A stretch of 64,000 nt of DNA from an uncultured Porticoccaceae bacterium (GCA_964623085.1 CAZUTO010000001.1:43-64042), one strand, 5' to 3'; numbered from the stretch's first letter, positions 40,826 through 51,047 are shown. Notes: generated from the sequence alone by a model not told the origin. Program-made: numbers and translations.

Positions 40826-41035
40826 TTTATCTTCGTAGATACCGTCTAGTCGTTTTGCGGGGTCAATGTCACCAGTTCTGTAGTTGTAGGGAACGGGGCT
40901 CATATCATCCTCTTCGTACGTGTCATCGCCACCGTCTATCAGGTCGATGAGGAATACAACCAATTGCCATAGAGCGTTCAAAAGAATGCTGATTACCGAT
41001 ATAGAAAACAGAGTTATAGATTTCAGGAATTGCAT
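40823..41035 (-). CDS. Small membrane protein with an acidic C-terminus
   Basis: ATG 41035 lies 1 nt after the stop of the upstream gene, so the tracked 41080 start would overlap that gene. There is one or two TM helices. Confidence 0.4.
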   Translation of the reverse strand: MQFLKSITLFSISVISILLNALWQLVVFLIDLIDGGDDTYEEDDMSPVPYNYRTGDIDPAKRLDGIYEDK

Positions 41036-41036
41036 A

Positions 41037-41291
41037 TCATTGCTCGATAGGGCGTTTAAAAATACAAGTAAGCTGAGCATCCCCTTCGGTGCAATTGACT
41101 AACTCCCACTGATTGCTTCCTTGTGCGTTTAAAGCCTGTGAAAGAGCTTGGTCATCACCCATTAATGGATAAGTTTTTACAAGGTATTCCCAGCTAGTTT
41201 GCGCAAATGCAGGGGCGGATATAGAAAGTGATAAAAAAAGAATAGCGTTAGCAACTATGAATATTCGAGACATCCGCTGTTCTCCTGCCAA
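41037..41291 (-). CDS. Small secreted protein (DUF4177-like)
   Basis: The signal peptide ends APAFA|Q. The motif WEYLV...LNAQGSNQWELV is present. Confidence 0.45.
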   Translation of the reverse strand: MAGEQRMSRIFIVANAILFLSLSISAPAFAQTSWEYLVKTYPLMGDDQALSQALNAQGSNQWELVNCTEGDAQLTCIFKRPIEQ

Positions 41292-41366
41292 TGGCTAATT
41301 AATGAGAATATTTTTTTGCTTAATGCGCAAAAAAATACATGGTAATTATAGCTGCTAATTGCACAT

Positions 41367-41903
41367 TCACCTATCAATATGTTGGCGCAATTCGCTCCAT
41401 ATTAGGTGCAAATCGAGACCTGTTTCCTCAGATACTCTTAGAAAGCGATCTCGCTCTGGTAATTCGGATTTTGAATGCCAGGAAAACCATATTCTTCTTT
41501 CTGAATCTTCATCACAGACAGACGGCCTGCCATTACCAGCCCCTTTTATATGCAGTGCATTTCTTCTTCGCGAAAACTCGGAAGCGTGCATTCCGAACAG
41601 TCGACGCATAAGAACATGCGGTGCTCCGTTCAAAAGATAGGTGTCTTCAAGTTCTCGTTCATCGGAACTGTCGTGCAACTCCTGAAGCTGCCTTTCTAGT
41701 GCTTGTTGATCAAGCTCGATATTGAGAAAAAAGTGAGAACGTTCCACCAAGAACGTCTGTTCTGTCAGATTTAGCCTCGAAATAGCACCAATAAGCTCGT
41801 CGGACAAACTATTCTGTTTAAAGTGTCCTGAATGAATGGAATTTAAGGAGGCGACCAGCCTCTTCGCTGCTGACTGACACATTTGATCTTCAAACTTACC
41901 CAT
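41367..41903 (-). CDS. DUF2857 / STY4526-YPO1902-family ICE protein (BisC-like)
   Basis: 178 aa. The segment LLNGAPHVLMRRLFGMHASEFSRRRNAL...ERRIWFSW matches my recollection of the family. Confidence 0.5.
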   Translation of the reverse strand: MGKFEDQMCQSAAKRLVASLNSIHSGHFKQNSLSDELIGAISRLNLTEQTFLVERSHFFLNIELDQQALERQLQELHDSSDERELEDTYLLNGAPHVLMRRLFGMHASEFSRRRNALHIKGAGNGRPSVCDEDSERRIWFSWHSKSELPERDRFLRVSEETGLDLHLIWSELRQHIDR

Positions 41904-42097
41904 GCTGCATCACTCCTTGGAGGGTTAGTTGTATCCGTTTTGTCCACGTTTGAGTCAAATAGTAGTTTTAGTTTTAGTACTTATCTCTGGGAAACTTTAC
42001 AAAGTCAAAAGAAAGAATTTATTAGTGTATTAGTGTCATATTTTTTGTGAGTGAACGAATCCATACGTAACAGGAGATGTAAAACTTTCTTTCGATT

Positions 42098-43132
42098 TTG
42101 AAAGGTAGATCGCAGTGTAAACGTGACATAGGTTTGAAAATAGGGGGGTTATTTTGTTTACCAAACCTAATTGGCCTGACCATGCTCCGAATCGTACAGT
42201 TTACCCAAATCACCTTTTGTCTCGTCAGTATGATCCTGACAAGTCTTTTCGCTCTATCTCTTTCTGGTGCCAATCTTGGGGGGGCAGACACAGCGGTTAC
42301 CTCATTGAATGGGGTTTTGTCATCCGGCTTATTCATACTCATAGGTGCCTGTATAGACTCAGGCAAGTATCTTTTCTGGGTTGAGAGAGAAAGGAATTTT
42401 GGCTATCTAGCGATCAGCCTTGTGCTTACCTTATTTTCCCTTTTGGCAAGTTGCGCGTTCTTCGTTTCTGCGGAGAAGGGTGCTTTAGATGATTCCAGGG
42501 TTAATACTCCTGAATATCTGGCATTCCAAGCCAGAATTGAATCGATTCAGGACGAAATTGCATACCATGAACGCCTCATAGAATCTCGACTAAATAGCCA
42601 GTTTCATAGTCAGTGGGCAGAAGGAGAAAGAAATTCTGAAGAACTTGGTGAATTGAAGAATTCTTTAGCCATATTAATTGAATCGTCGTCAGAAGTAGGC
42701 CAGGAAGCATCAATAGAAATGGTTCCAATGTCTGATTTTTTCTCAGCTCTAGGTGCTTTCACCGGAACGAAAATCGATACGGTAAGGAATATTTGCTATG
42801 GGCTACTAGCACTATTGCTGGAAGTTAGTACTTTGGGCGCTATTAGCCTTACAAACTCTCTAAGGGTCGAACGCCATGAGAGCAATCAAAATGGTGAAAC
42901 TTCAAGCGAGCCACAAATAAAAGAAGACCCTGATTTTCGGCAAAAATCTGCTCGGCTTTCTCAAGACATCGTTGATGGTAGAGTTAAACCAGTAATACGC
43001 CGGATTAAGGCTTCTAACTACGGACTAGATTTCGATGAGATAAAGCTTGTGCTTGCCAGGTTGTATTCAGCAGGCTTAATCGAACAAGACGCTCGAAGTA
43101 GCTATAAACTGAGAAACGGTGACCAAGACTAG
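42098..43132 (+). CDS. Hypothetical membrane / coiled-coil protein with a C-terminal winged-helix-like segment
   Basis: About 4 TM helices are followed by a coiled coil (YLAFQARIESIQDEIAYHERLIESRL). The C-terminus reads GLDFDEIKLVLARLYSAGLIEQD. The start is uncertain (42098 or 42182). Confidence 0.45.
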   Translation: MKGRSQCKRDIGLKIGGLFCLPNLIGLTMLRIVQFTQITFCLVSMILTSLFALSLSGANLGGADTAVTSLNGVLSSGLFILIGACIDSGKYLFWVERERNFGYLAISLVLTLFSLLASCAFFVSAEKGALDDSRVNTPEYLAFQARIESIQDEIAYHERLIESRLNSQFHSQWAEGERNSEELGELKNSLAILIESSSEVGQEASIEMVPMSDFFSALGAFTGTKIDTVRNICYGLLALLLEVSTLGAISLTNSLRVERHESNQNGETSSEPQIKEDPDFRQKSARLSQDIVDGRVKPVIRRIKASNYGLDFDEIKLVLARLYSAGLIEQDARSSYKLRNGDQD

Positions 43133-43146
43133 CGGGTTTAAACTTG

Positions 43147-43344
43147 TTATAAATCTTTCTTCCATTGCTCAAACATCAAGGAAGTCGCAGTTCCTGGGTC
43201 TATGTCTAAGGCGTTACAAATCCGGAATAAGCTTTCGTAGTTAGGTCGCCGCTCTCCAGCTTCATATTTTTGGAGCATTCTCAACGTCACATCAGCTCTC
43301 GATGCCAATTCATCTTGTGTAAAATCCTTCTTTTCTCTTTCCTT
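43147..43344 (-). pseudogene. XRE-type HTH gene remnant without a usable start codon
   Basis: The minus frame reads KEREKKDFTQDELASRADVTLRMLQKYEAGERRPNYESLFRICNALDIDPG...KKDL*. It is bounded upstream by an in-frame TGA. No ATG, GTG or TTG precedes the HTH. Confidence 0.4.
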
Positions 43345-43552
43345 TCAAGAGATAGCAGTTCTTTTTCTATTAAGCCGTTAGATATTAGTAGTTGAGGAAC
43401 GACTCAACCCGGTACTTACGCGCGGACAACGGATTTTGGATACTGTGTGCCGATTGTGTGGTTTGAATGGTATTTATTGGGAAGTTATAGGAATCTTGCT
43501 AGAGGTCGGCCTATTTAACTTATTGAAAAATAAAGGTTTAAATTTTGGGTCG

Positions 43553-43601
43553 ATGGCTTTTAACCAATTGGTCGCTGGTTCGAATCCAGCACGGCCCACC
43601 A
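43553..43601 (+). other. 3'-terminal ~49 nt of tRNA-Lys(UUU), not a complete gene. Putative att direct repeat marking the ICE end.
   Basis: TGG-CTTTTAA-CCAAT-TGGTC-GCTGG-TTCGAAT-CCAGC-ACGGCCC-A-CCA matches the E. coli tRNA-Lys 3' half. There is no D-arm, and no 5' acceptor strand (GGGCCGT) upstream. Confidence 0.7.
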
Positions 43602-43608
43602 AACAAAC

Positions 43609-43641
43609 AAAAATGCCTCCCTTTGGGAGGCATTTTTGTTT
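43609..43641 (+). terminator. Rho-independent terminator (native tRNA terminator)
   Basis: The hairpin ATGCCTCCC-ttt-GGGAGGCAT is followed by TTTTGTTTGT. Confidence 0.8.
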
Positions 43642-43837
43642 GTATCGAAGATTGATCTTTTACTATAGACAAAAAACTAAGGGTTTTGAGTGTGATCGAT
43701 AGGCGCTAAACGCGTTTATTTACATGATGACGGTCAGAAAATATAGCCGATACTTAATCGCACAGTTGAATCAGCCCTGTCTTGGAATAGATCTTCCGCT
43801 CTACTAACTCGGCTACTTTCAGTTTCAGGTATGCCGC

Positions 43838-44530
43838 TCAGAGAATTAGCGACGCCACTATCTCAAATTCGAAGCGAAGTGACTCTGCGACTCTGGCTAG
43901 CCCACCTGCGGCAGAGAATGGTTTTAGACCGATATCTGAATGGTCAAGACTAAAATCTCCGCTAGCGGTAATACTCGTTTCAGAAATCTCTAATTGCGCA
44001 GGTAATGCCATAGTATACGGCACTCCTTTAAAATTAATTTCGACAATAAAAGCGGTATTCCGCCCGAAGGTTTGTGCCTCATCTACTTCGCTCCTCGGTG
44101 TGCTGATTTTGAGGATGATTTCGGGATGGGAATCTGCATCCAACACTAATTCACTCAGCATATTCTTTTTGGTTCCTATCTTAATATTTTCTGAGACTGG
44201 CTCACGAAAGGAATCATCCGCGGCCTTAGCGCGCTCGCTGTCATCGTCGACGAGAAAATTGCTTGGAGAAAAGGCTAGTGATGCTCGAGCCATTTCCTCA
44301 TCGAGATGCGCCTCACCATTTATGTCCCTAATCGCAATGAGATGAGAATGAGCAAGTGCCCGACCGAGACCAGCGACACCTGTGTATATGTGAATATAGG
44401 AATCTTCTGTATTAACTATGTAGCTTTTGCTAGTGACATCCTGTGCGGAAACGGTAACCGAAGATATGAAAAAAAAGATCGGTAAGACGGCTAAAAGCCA
44501 AGCTTTTTGAAACATTGCTCTTGTGAACAT
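43838..44530 (-). CDS. YceI-like (polyisoprenoid-binding) periplasmic protein
   Basis: A signal peptide is followed by SYIHIYTGVAGLGRALAHSHLIAIRDINGEAHL and later DADSHPEIILK, a YceI-like pattern. Confidence 0.5.
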   Translation of the reverse strand: MFTRAMFQKAWLLAVLPIFFFISSVTVSAQDVTSKSYIVNTEDSYIHIYTGVAGLGRALAHSHLIAIRDINGEAHLDEEMARASLAFSPSNFLVDDDSERAKAADDSFREPVSENIKIGTKKNMLSELVLDADSHPEIILKISTPRSEVDEAQTFGRNTAFIVEINFKGVPYTMALPAQLEISETSITASGDFSLDHSDIGLKPFSAAGGLARVAESLRFEFEIVASLIL

Positions 44531-44653
44531 ATCTTGATCCTGATGCTGGCTTCTATGGTGTTATCCTAAAGCGATTGCTTAGGCGAGGGAAATATCTATT
44601 ATCGAAATTCTATTGCTCGCTGTATATTCAGCTATTGAATGTTGAGGCTATAA

Positions 44654-45382
44654 GTGATGACGTTGTTATTTGAAGAGTTGGACGCTCGGGATACTCCACT
44701 CGGGGTTCTTAGTTTACGTAAGCGTGCAGAGTTGAGGTTGGACAATCGCATTGTTTACGAAGTAAAGCTCGGGGATGATTTCTTGATGTCTAGTCTTTTT
44801 CCCGAAGCCGAAATTCAGCTTTCCAAATTGGGTCTTGAGGCGTTAAAGCACAACGGACACACGACTGATCTGCAAGTCATCGTAGGCGGGTTAGGGCTGG
44901 GTTACACCGCAGCCACCGCACTAGAAGATCAGAGTGTTAGTTCGCTGACGGTTATCGACATCATGCCAGCGGTGATTGAGTGGCATCAAAAACACATGGT
45001 CCCATTAGGAAAAACGCTCTGCTCGGATCCTCGATGTGAACTGCAGCTCGGAGATTTTTTTGAGTTGGCAACACAAGCTAATGCCTCCTTTGGCCCTAAG
45101 GATAAGAAAGTGCACGCAGTGTTTCTAGATATCGATCATTCGCCAAGCTGGTGGCTCGATCAGGGAAATAGTCATTTTTATTCGCCGGATGCCCTTGCGC
45201 TCATGCGAGATAAAATGATCAGTGGCGGTGTGTTCGGATTATGGTCGGATGAACTTCCCAGTGAAGAATTTGTGAGCTTGCTCGAAGAGCTCTTTCAGCG
45301 AGTTGAGACACATGTCATTAGTTTTCCAAACCCTTACACAGGCAAAGAATCGACGAATGCTGTTTATCTCGCTGTAGTATAG
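44654..45382 (+). CDS. Spermidine-synthase-like class I methyltransferase-fold protein
   Basis: VIVGGLGLGYTAATAL...LTVIDIMPAVIEWHQKHM...FLDIDHSP shows a Rossmann MTase/aminopropyltransferase-like pattern. Confidence 0.45.
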   Translation: MMTLLFEELDARDTPLGVLSLRKRAELRLDNRIVYEVKLGDDFLMSSLFPEAEIQLSKLGLEALKHNGHTTDLQVIVGGLGLGYTAATALEDQSVSSLTVIDIMPAVIEWHQKHMVPLGKTLCSDPRCELQLGDFFELATQANASFGPKDKKVHAVFLDIDHSPSWWLDQGNSHFYSPDALALMRDKMISGGVFGLWSDELPSEEFVSLLEELFQRVETHVISFPNPYTGKESTNAVYLAVV

Positions 45383-45508
45383 TTTCTGAAGAGAAGGGTG
45401 CTTGCCGCAAGGAAATCTATAGAGCTTTTCTAGAATTCTTCCTATATGTACGCGATTCAATTACCCGCTGATCTTTAGATAAATACATGTCCATTTACGT
45501 TGCTGATA

Positions 45509-47425
45509 TCAAACTTCATTGACGCTATTTTTAACTCTTAGATCATCGAGAGCTACGCCTATTTTTTCGAGGATAGATTGAGAATCTAGACCAGCTTCAC
45601 TAAGTAGCTGGTTTCTGGTTCCTTGATCTTGGAAAAGATCGGGCAGCCCCAAGCAAAGCGTTTGAATCGAGCACTGTGCTTCACTTAAGAATTCGAGTAC
45701 GGCTGCGCCTGCACCACCGGCAATCGCATTCTCTTCTATAGTGACTATAAGTGAATGAGTTTCCGCCAATTTTAAGATGAGGTCTGTATCGATGGGTTTG
45801 ACGAAGCGCATGTCTGCCACAGTCGCATCGAGGGAGTCTGCCGCCACCATCGCTTCTTGAAGTACCGTGCCGAAAGACAGTATTGCGACCTCACTGCCTT
45901 CTCTTCGAATGACGCCTTTGCCAACATCAAACGCCGTCATTTCTTCTGCTATTTCTACGTTCGGGCCGCCACCGCGAGGATATCGAACCGCCGATGGTCC
46001 TTGGTGTTGGTGTGCGGTATAAAGTGCTTGCCTGGTTTCGTTCTCGTCAGAGGGCGCTAACACCAACATGTTGGGAATGCAGCGCAGGAAACTAAGATCA
46101 AATGCGCCTGCATGTGAAGGACCGTCTTCGCCAACCAAGCCGGCACGATCTAAAGCGAAAGTGACGTCTAGATTCTGCAGGGCCACATCGTGAATAAGCT
46201 GATCATACCCACGTTGTAGAAACGTAGAATAGATCGCAACGACAGGTTTCAGGCCTTCGCAAGCAAAGCCTGCACCCAGCGTTACGGCGTGTTGTTCTGC
46301 GATACCTACATCATGGTAGCGATCAGGAAACTGTTTGGCGTATTGCACCATGCCTGAACCCTCACGCATTGCAGGCGTAATAGCTACTAATTTGTCGTCT
46401 TTGGCAGCCATGTCACACAACCATTGGCCAAACACATCTTGGTACTTTGGCCCAGATTTAACGGCCACGGGCTTTGATGCTGGTTTGGGCTCTATTTTCG
46501 ACAGAGCATGGTATTTGATAGGGTCGTCTTCTGCCGCTTTCAGGCCGCGACCTTTTTGGGTAACAACATGCAATAAAACAGGCTGCTTTAAATGATGTAT
46601 GTTACGCAGAGTCTCAACCAAAATTTCGAGGTTGTGACCGTCTATAGGCCCAATATAGTTAAACCCAATTTCTTCAAATAGGGTGCCAGGAGAAAGCATT
46701 CCTTTCACATGTTCCTCGGTTCGTCGAACAAATTCAGAGGCGCGCGGAATACGTGAGAGTACCTTTTGTCCACTGCTGCGAATATTGTTGTATAAACGAC
46801 TCGCCCAGATCCTAGAGAAATAAGTCGATAGGGCACCTACATTCTCGGAAATCGACATATTGTTGTCATTTAGAACCACGAGCATATCGGCATCCGTAGA
46901 TCCGGCGTGGTTCAATGCTTCAAAGGCCATTCCGGCCGTCATGGCACCATCCCCAATAACGGCGATATGCTTGCGTGAATCTTTTAATAATTTACTTGAT
47001 AACGCCATACCCAAAGCGGCGCTGATGGATGTACTGCTGTGACCCACACCAAAGGTGTCATACTCGCTCTCAGAGCGCTTTGGAAACCCAGCCAAACCAT
47101 CTTTTTGGCGCATGCTGTGCATAGAATCTTTGCGACCAGTTAGGATCTTGTGCGGATAGGCTTGGTGTCCCACATCCCAAACTAATCTGTCTATCGGTGT
47201 GTCGTAAACATAATGAAGCGCCAATGTTAATTCGACGACACCCATACCTGCACCGAAGTGGCCGCCGGTTTGCGAAACACTATAAAGTATATAAGCGCGC
47301 AGCTCGTCAGCGAGTGTTAGGAGTTGCGCTTCCTCTAGATGGCGAAGGTCTGCAGGGCAAGTAATGCTATCAAGCAGCGGTGTGCTTGGTAATTCTTCGG
47401 GAAACTGGTCGTAAGTTTTAGTCAT
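45509..47425 (-). CDS. dxs: 1-deoxy-D-xylulose-5-phosphate synthase
   Basis: 638 aa. Motifs seen: [35 protein letters not shown], and the ThDP motif [15 protein letters not shown]. Confidence 0.95.
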   Translation of the reverse strand: MTKTYDQFPEELPSTPLLDSITCPADLRHLEEAQLLTLADELRAYILYSVSQTGGHFGAGMGVVELTLALHYVYDTPIDRLVWDVGHQAYPHKILTGRKDSMHSMRQKDGLAGFPKRSESEYDTFGVGHSSTSISAALGMALSSKLLKDSRKHIAVIGDGAMTAGMAFEALNHAGSTDADMLVVLNDNNMSISENVGALSTYFSRIWASRLYNNIRSSGQKVLSRIPRASEFVRRTEEHVKGMLSPGTLFEEIGFNYIGPIDGHNLEILVETLRNIHHLKQPVLLHVVTQKGRGLKAAEDDPIKYHALSKIEPKPASKPVAVKSGPKYQDVFGQWLCDMAAKDDKLVAITPAMREGSGMVQYAKQFPDRYHDVGIAEQHAVTLGAGFACEGLKPVVAIYSTFLQRGYDQLIHDVALQNLDVTFALDRAGLVGEDGPSHAGAFDLSFLRCIPNMLVLAPSDENETRQALYTAHQHQGPSAVRYPRGGGPNVEIAEEMTAFDVGKGVIRREGSEVAILSFGTVLQEAMVAADSLDATVADMRFVKPIDTDLILKLAETHSLIVTIEENAIAGGAGAAVLEFLSEAQCSIQTLCLGLPDLFQDQGTRNQLLSEAGLDSQSILEKIGVALDDLRVKNSVNEV

Positions 47426-47442
47426 AGATTATCAACTAGCGT

Positions 47443-48354
47443 TTAATGTGTTCTAGACACTATGTAGTCTGCCATATTTCGAAGATAGATGGCGGATTCG
47501 TTGAAACCGCTTAATGCGTTTAGCGCATTTTGGTGCAGTTCATTAAGTTTTTGTTTTGCCCCATCTAAGCCCAAATGAGACACATACGTTGGCTTGTTAC
47601 GCTCTATATCGGCGCCTTGTTTTTTTCCGAGTAAGCTGGTTTCTACTGTCGCATCAAGAATGTCATCTTTAACCTGAAAAGCTAGCCCGATAGCTTCTGC
47701 GTAATTCTTCAGCGTTTCATGCACGGACAGGTCGTCCTGTTCAACCGCATATGCGCCGAGCAATATGCTTGCACGAATCAACGCGCCAGTTTTTAGTTTA
47801 TGCATGCCTTCTAGGTGGTCTAGCTCGATAGATTTTCCGACAGCCTCAAGATCAATCATTTGTCCTCCAGTCATACCGTCAACGCCAGTTGCGAAGGCAA
47901 GTTCTTGAAGGCATGAAAGTTTAGTCTCAGCGGTCAGGTCTGGAGAAGTGACTAAGATATCAAATGCTTTTGTTTGTAAAGCATCACCAGCAAGTATGGC
48001 CGTCGCCTCGTCATAGGCGATATGTGTGGTTGGTTTGCCGCGGCGTAAATCGTCATCATCCATTGCAGGAAGGTCATCATGTACCAAAGAGTATGCGTGA
48101 ATGAGCTCAAGCGCGCAGGCTGCTGTGCGCAAACCAGAATGTTCCATGACATCTCGCTCAGCTAACGCCGCGGCAGCAAAACACAATATAGGGCGGACGC
48201 GCTTGCCGCCATTAAGCACTGAATAGCTCATTGCTTCGTATAAACGAGCTTGCCGTATCGTTGATGGATTCTGTTGCGAAGAAAGTAATTGCGTGAGTTC
48301 TGCATCTGTGAGCTCACGAACTTTCGACATAAAACTAGGTAATTCAGATGACAT
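47443..48354 (-). CDS. ispA: Farnesyl diphosphate synthase
   Basis: The FARM motif is LVHDDLPAMDDDDLRRG and the SARM motif is FQVKDDILD. It lies 18 nt upstream of dxs. Confidence 0.9.
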   Translation of the reverse strand: MSSELPSFMSKVRELTDAELTQLLSSQQNPSTIRQARLYEAMSYSVLNGGKRVRPILCFAAAALAERDVMEHSGLRTAACALELIHAYSLVHDDLPAMDDDDLRRGKPTTHIAYDEATAILAGDALQTKAFDILVTSPDLTAETKLSCLQELAFATGVDGMTGGQMIDLEAVGKSIELDHLEGMHKLKTGALIRASILLGAYAVEQDDLSVHETLKNYAEAIGLAFQVKDDILDATVETSLLGKKQGADIERNKPTYVSHLGLDGAKQKLNELHQNALNALSGFNESAIYLRNMADYIVSRTH

Positions 48355-48740
48355 ATATTCCTATTATGCACGCATTCAAAATGCGAGCGTATCGCTACAG
48401 TGCGTTAAATAATTGGGCTTTGTATAGAAAGACTATAGGCAAGCGGCTAAGTTTTATAATGTTTCTGGTTTTGTCAACGTTTCAGATTATTTTGTGCCAG
48501 ATACCAACCATTGAATAACGGCCTTTTAGCTTTATAAACTTTCCCCAGTGATCCTTTGGTTGCTATATAAAACTGCCTAAACGATATCGATTATTCTATT
48601 GGCTAATCCTAGCCTCATCACTCATACTATATTGTGGTTGAGGCTGTTGTTCAATCAGTCACGTAAAATTTTAATTTACCTCAAAATGACAACAGTAGTT
48701 CGTCTAGAGGTTATCGAAAGTTCGAGGTTCTAGGCCAATT

Positions 48741-49964
48741 ATGGAAGTATCAAGTCTCTATCCTAAGAGAACAGCCGTTCAAGTAGGAAATGTAGAAGTA
48801 GGTGGTAGTTCTCCCGTCAGAGTTCAATCGATGACAAATACAGACACGGCAGATATCGATGGCACAGTTGTGCAGGTTTTGGCGTTGGCTAATGCTGGGT
48901 CTGAGTTAGTGCGTTTAACGGTTAACAACGAAGACGCGGCTGCTGCGGTTCCGCATATCAGAGACAAGTTGCTTGCGAAGGACGTGGATGTTCCTTTAGT
49001 TGGTGATTTTCATTACAACGGTCATAAGCTGCTGACTCGGCACCCGGCGTGCGCAGAGGCATTGGCAAAATATCGCATTAACCCCGGTAACGTTGGTCGC
49101 GGCGCGCGCAAGGATGAACAATTTGCCAGTGTGATCGAAGCAGCCTGCAAATATGACAAGCCTGTGCGCATCGGTGTGAATTGGGGAAGCCTAGATCAGG
49201 CATTACTTGCCGAGATGCTGGATGCGAATAACCAACTAGACGAGCCTCGTCCATTAGAAGAGATACAACGAGAGAGTATCATTCGTTCAGCCTTGGATAG
49301 TGCCAAAATGGCTGAAAGCATTGGTCTTGGTCACGACAAGATTCTTATTTCTTGTAAAACTAGCGCTGTTCAAGAATTGATAAAAATCTATCGTGAGTTG
49401 GCCGCGCTCTGCGACTACCCATTGCATTTGGGTTTAACGGAAGCGGGAATGGGTTCTAAAGGTATTGTTGCATCGACAGCCGCTCTGGCAATTCTGTTGC
49501 AAAATGGCATAGGCGATACCATACGTATCTCGTTGACGCCCGAGCCCGGTGGTGACCGGACTCAGGAGGTTATCGTGGCGCAAGAAATTCTTCAGTCTCT
49601 AGGGCTGAGGTCTTTTACCCCTATGGTAGTTGCCTGCCCAGGTTGTGGTCGAACAACCAGCACATTTTTCCAGACACTGGCAAAAGATATTCAAACTTAT
49701 TTGCGTCATCAAATGCCCGTTTGGCGTAAGACCCACGATGGGGTAGAGGATATGACTGTTGCCGTAATGGGTTGTGTGGTCAATGGGCCCGGCGAAAGCA
49801 AGCACGCGAATATCGGTATTAGTTTGCCTGGGACAGGCGAGCAACCGGTCGCGCCAGTTTTCGTTGACGGCGAAAGAGATCGTACCCTGAAGGGCGATGA
49901 TATCGCCTTTCAATTTCAGGCGTTAGTCGAAGACTACGTTGCGAAAAACTACAAAACAAATTAG
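48741..49964 (+). CDS. ispG: 4-hydroxy-3-methylbut-2-enyl diphosphate synthase
   Basis: Motifs seen: [12 protein letters not shown], and the Fe-S cysteines CPGCGRT...GCVVNGPGE. Confidence 0.9.
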   Translation: MEVSSLYPKRTAVQVGNVEVGGSSPVRVQSMTNTDTADIDGTVVQVLALANAGSELVRLTVNNEDAAAAVPHIRDKLLAKDVDVPLVGDFHYNGHKLLTRHPACAEALAKYRINPGNVGRGARKDEQFASVIEAACKYDKPVRIGVNWGSLDQALLAEMLDANNQLDEPRPLEEIQRESIIRSALDSAKMAESIGLGHDKILISCKTSAVQELIKIYRELAALCDYPLHLGLTEAGMGSKGIVASTAALAILLQNGIGDTIRISLTPEPGGDRTQEVIVAQEILQSLGLRSFTPMVVACPGCGRTTSTFFQTLAKDIQTYLRHQMPVWRKTHDGVEDMTVAVMGCVVNGPGESKHANIGISLPGTGEQPVAPVFVDGERDRTLKGDDIAFQFQALVEDYVAKNYKTN

Positions 49965-50048
49965 TTATTTAGGTTGGTTGAAAAAGCATTACCGAACCAC
50001 TAAGGTGACGCATCTTTTTAACTAATAACGTTAGAATAGTCGGAATAT

Positions 50049-51011
50049 ATGGAACTAATACAAGCTAAACCGCGCGGCTTTTGTGCTGGCGTTGTTAGAG
50101 CAATAGAAATTGTTGAGTTGGCACTTGATGTCTGCGAGGCGCCCATCTATGTCTACCATGAGATTGTTCACAATCGCCATGTGGTTGAAGATTTGGAGAA
50201 ACGCGGCGCTATTTTTGTTGAGAGCTTATCGGAAATACCTGCCGGTTCCGTCACTATATTCAGTGCACATGGTGTGCCGCAAAGCGTGGTGTCAGAAGCG
50301 AGTGAACGAAAGCTTGATGTCATTGATGCAACATGCCCATTGGTAACTAAAGTGCATTTGCAAGCACGCAGCTATAGCGGTCAAGGCTATTCCGTTATTA
50401 TCGTCGGGCACGTTGGACACCAAGAAGTCGAAGGTACTTTGGGCGCCATTAAAGGGCCAGCCTATGTGCTGTCTACCTTAGAAGAGGTGGCGCAACTAGA
50501 GGTCGAAGACCCGGAAAAAGTTGCTTATGTCACGCAAACGACGTTAAGCATTGATGATACTCGAGAAGTGATCGATGCCCTAAAGGCGCGCTATCCAGAA
50601 ATACAGGGTCCAGGCCTAGACGATATTTGTTATGCGACCCAAAATCGCCAAAATGCGGTGCACGAGTTGGCGCAGCAAGTTGATCTTATGTTGGTTGTCG
50701 GTTCATCAAATAGTTCCAACTCAAGTCGCTTAAGAGAAGTTGGAGAGCAATTTGGCGTCACCTCTTATCTCATCGAAAATGAGAGTCATATAAAAGACGA
50801 GTGGCTTTCGGAAGGCATAAAAATTGGTGTCACAGCGGGAGCTTCTGCTCCAGAAGTGTTGGTTGAGGAAGTAATTGACCGGCTTAGGCGCAGTGGCGTA
50901 ACGAAAGTATCGACAATGAACGGCGTGGAAGAATCTGCTGTTTTTAAAATACCCAAGAAGCTGATTGAAGCTAAAGAGATTTTGGATAACTCCCAAACTT
51001 CTGCAACTTAA
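50049..51011 (+). CDS. ispH: 4-hydroxy-3-methylbut-2-enyl diphosphate reductase
   Basis: Motifs seen: PRGFCAGVVRAIEIV, HEIVHN, DATCPLVTKVH, SSNSSR. Confidence 0.9.
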   Translation: MELIQAKPRGFCAGVVRAIEIVELALDVCEAPIYVYHEIVHNRHVVEDLEKRGAIFVESLSEIPAGSVTIFSAHGVPQSVVSEASERKLDVIDATCPLVTKVHLQARSYSGQGYSVIIVGHVGHQEVEGTLGAIKGPAYVLSTLEEVAQLEVEDPEKVAYVTQTTLSIDDTREVIDALKARYPEIQGPGLDDICYATQNRQNAVHELAQQVDLMLVVGSSNSSNSSRLREVGEQFGVTSYLIENESHIKDEWLSEGIKIGVTAGASAPEVLVEEVIDRLRRSGVTKVSTMNGVEESAVFKIPKKLIEAKEILDNSQTSAT

Positions 51012-51047
51012 TCAAATCGCAACTTAATAGAGATTGAAAGGTATATT

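Noticed and set aside
42022-42366. 114-aa minus-strand ORF overlapping the start of the 344-aa gene
   Set aside because: The sequence has no membrane, fold or motif logic. The plus-strand frame encodes coherent TM helices. The region is kept as uncertain at the 5' end of the plus-strand gene.
43526-43601. Possible full-length tRNA-Lys gene
   Set aside because: The 76 nt ending at CCA begin aaaaata..., which cannot pair with the 3' acceptor ACGGCCC. There is no D-arm. The anticodon stem 5' strand (GATGG) mismatches CCAAT. Only the 3' ~49 nt are tRNA-like, so I treat this as an att repeat fragment.
48355-48740. Expected xseB upstream of ispA, as in the xseB-ispA-dxs operon known from E. coli
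   Set aside because: No ORF of suitable size or frame exists on the minus strand. The region is a divergent promoter spacer between ispA and ispG.
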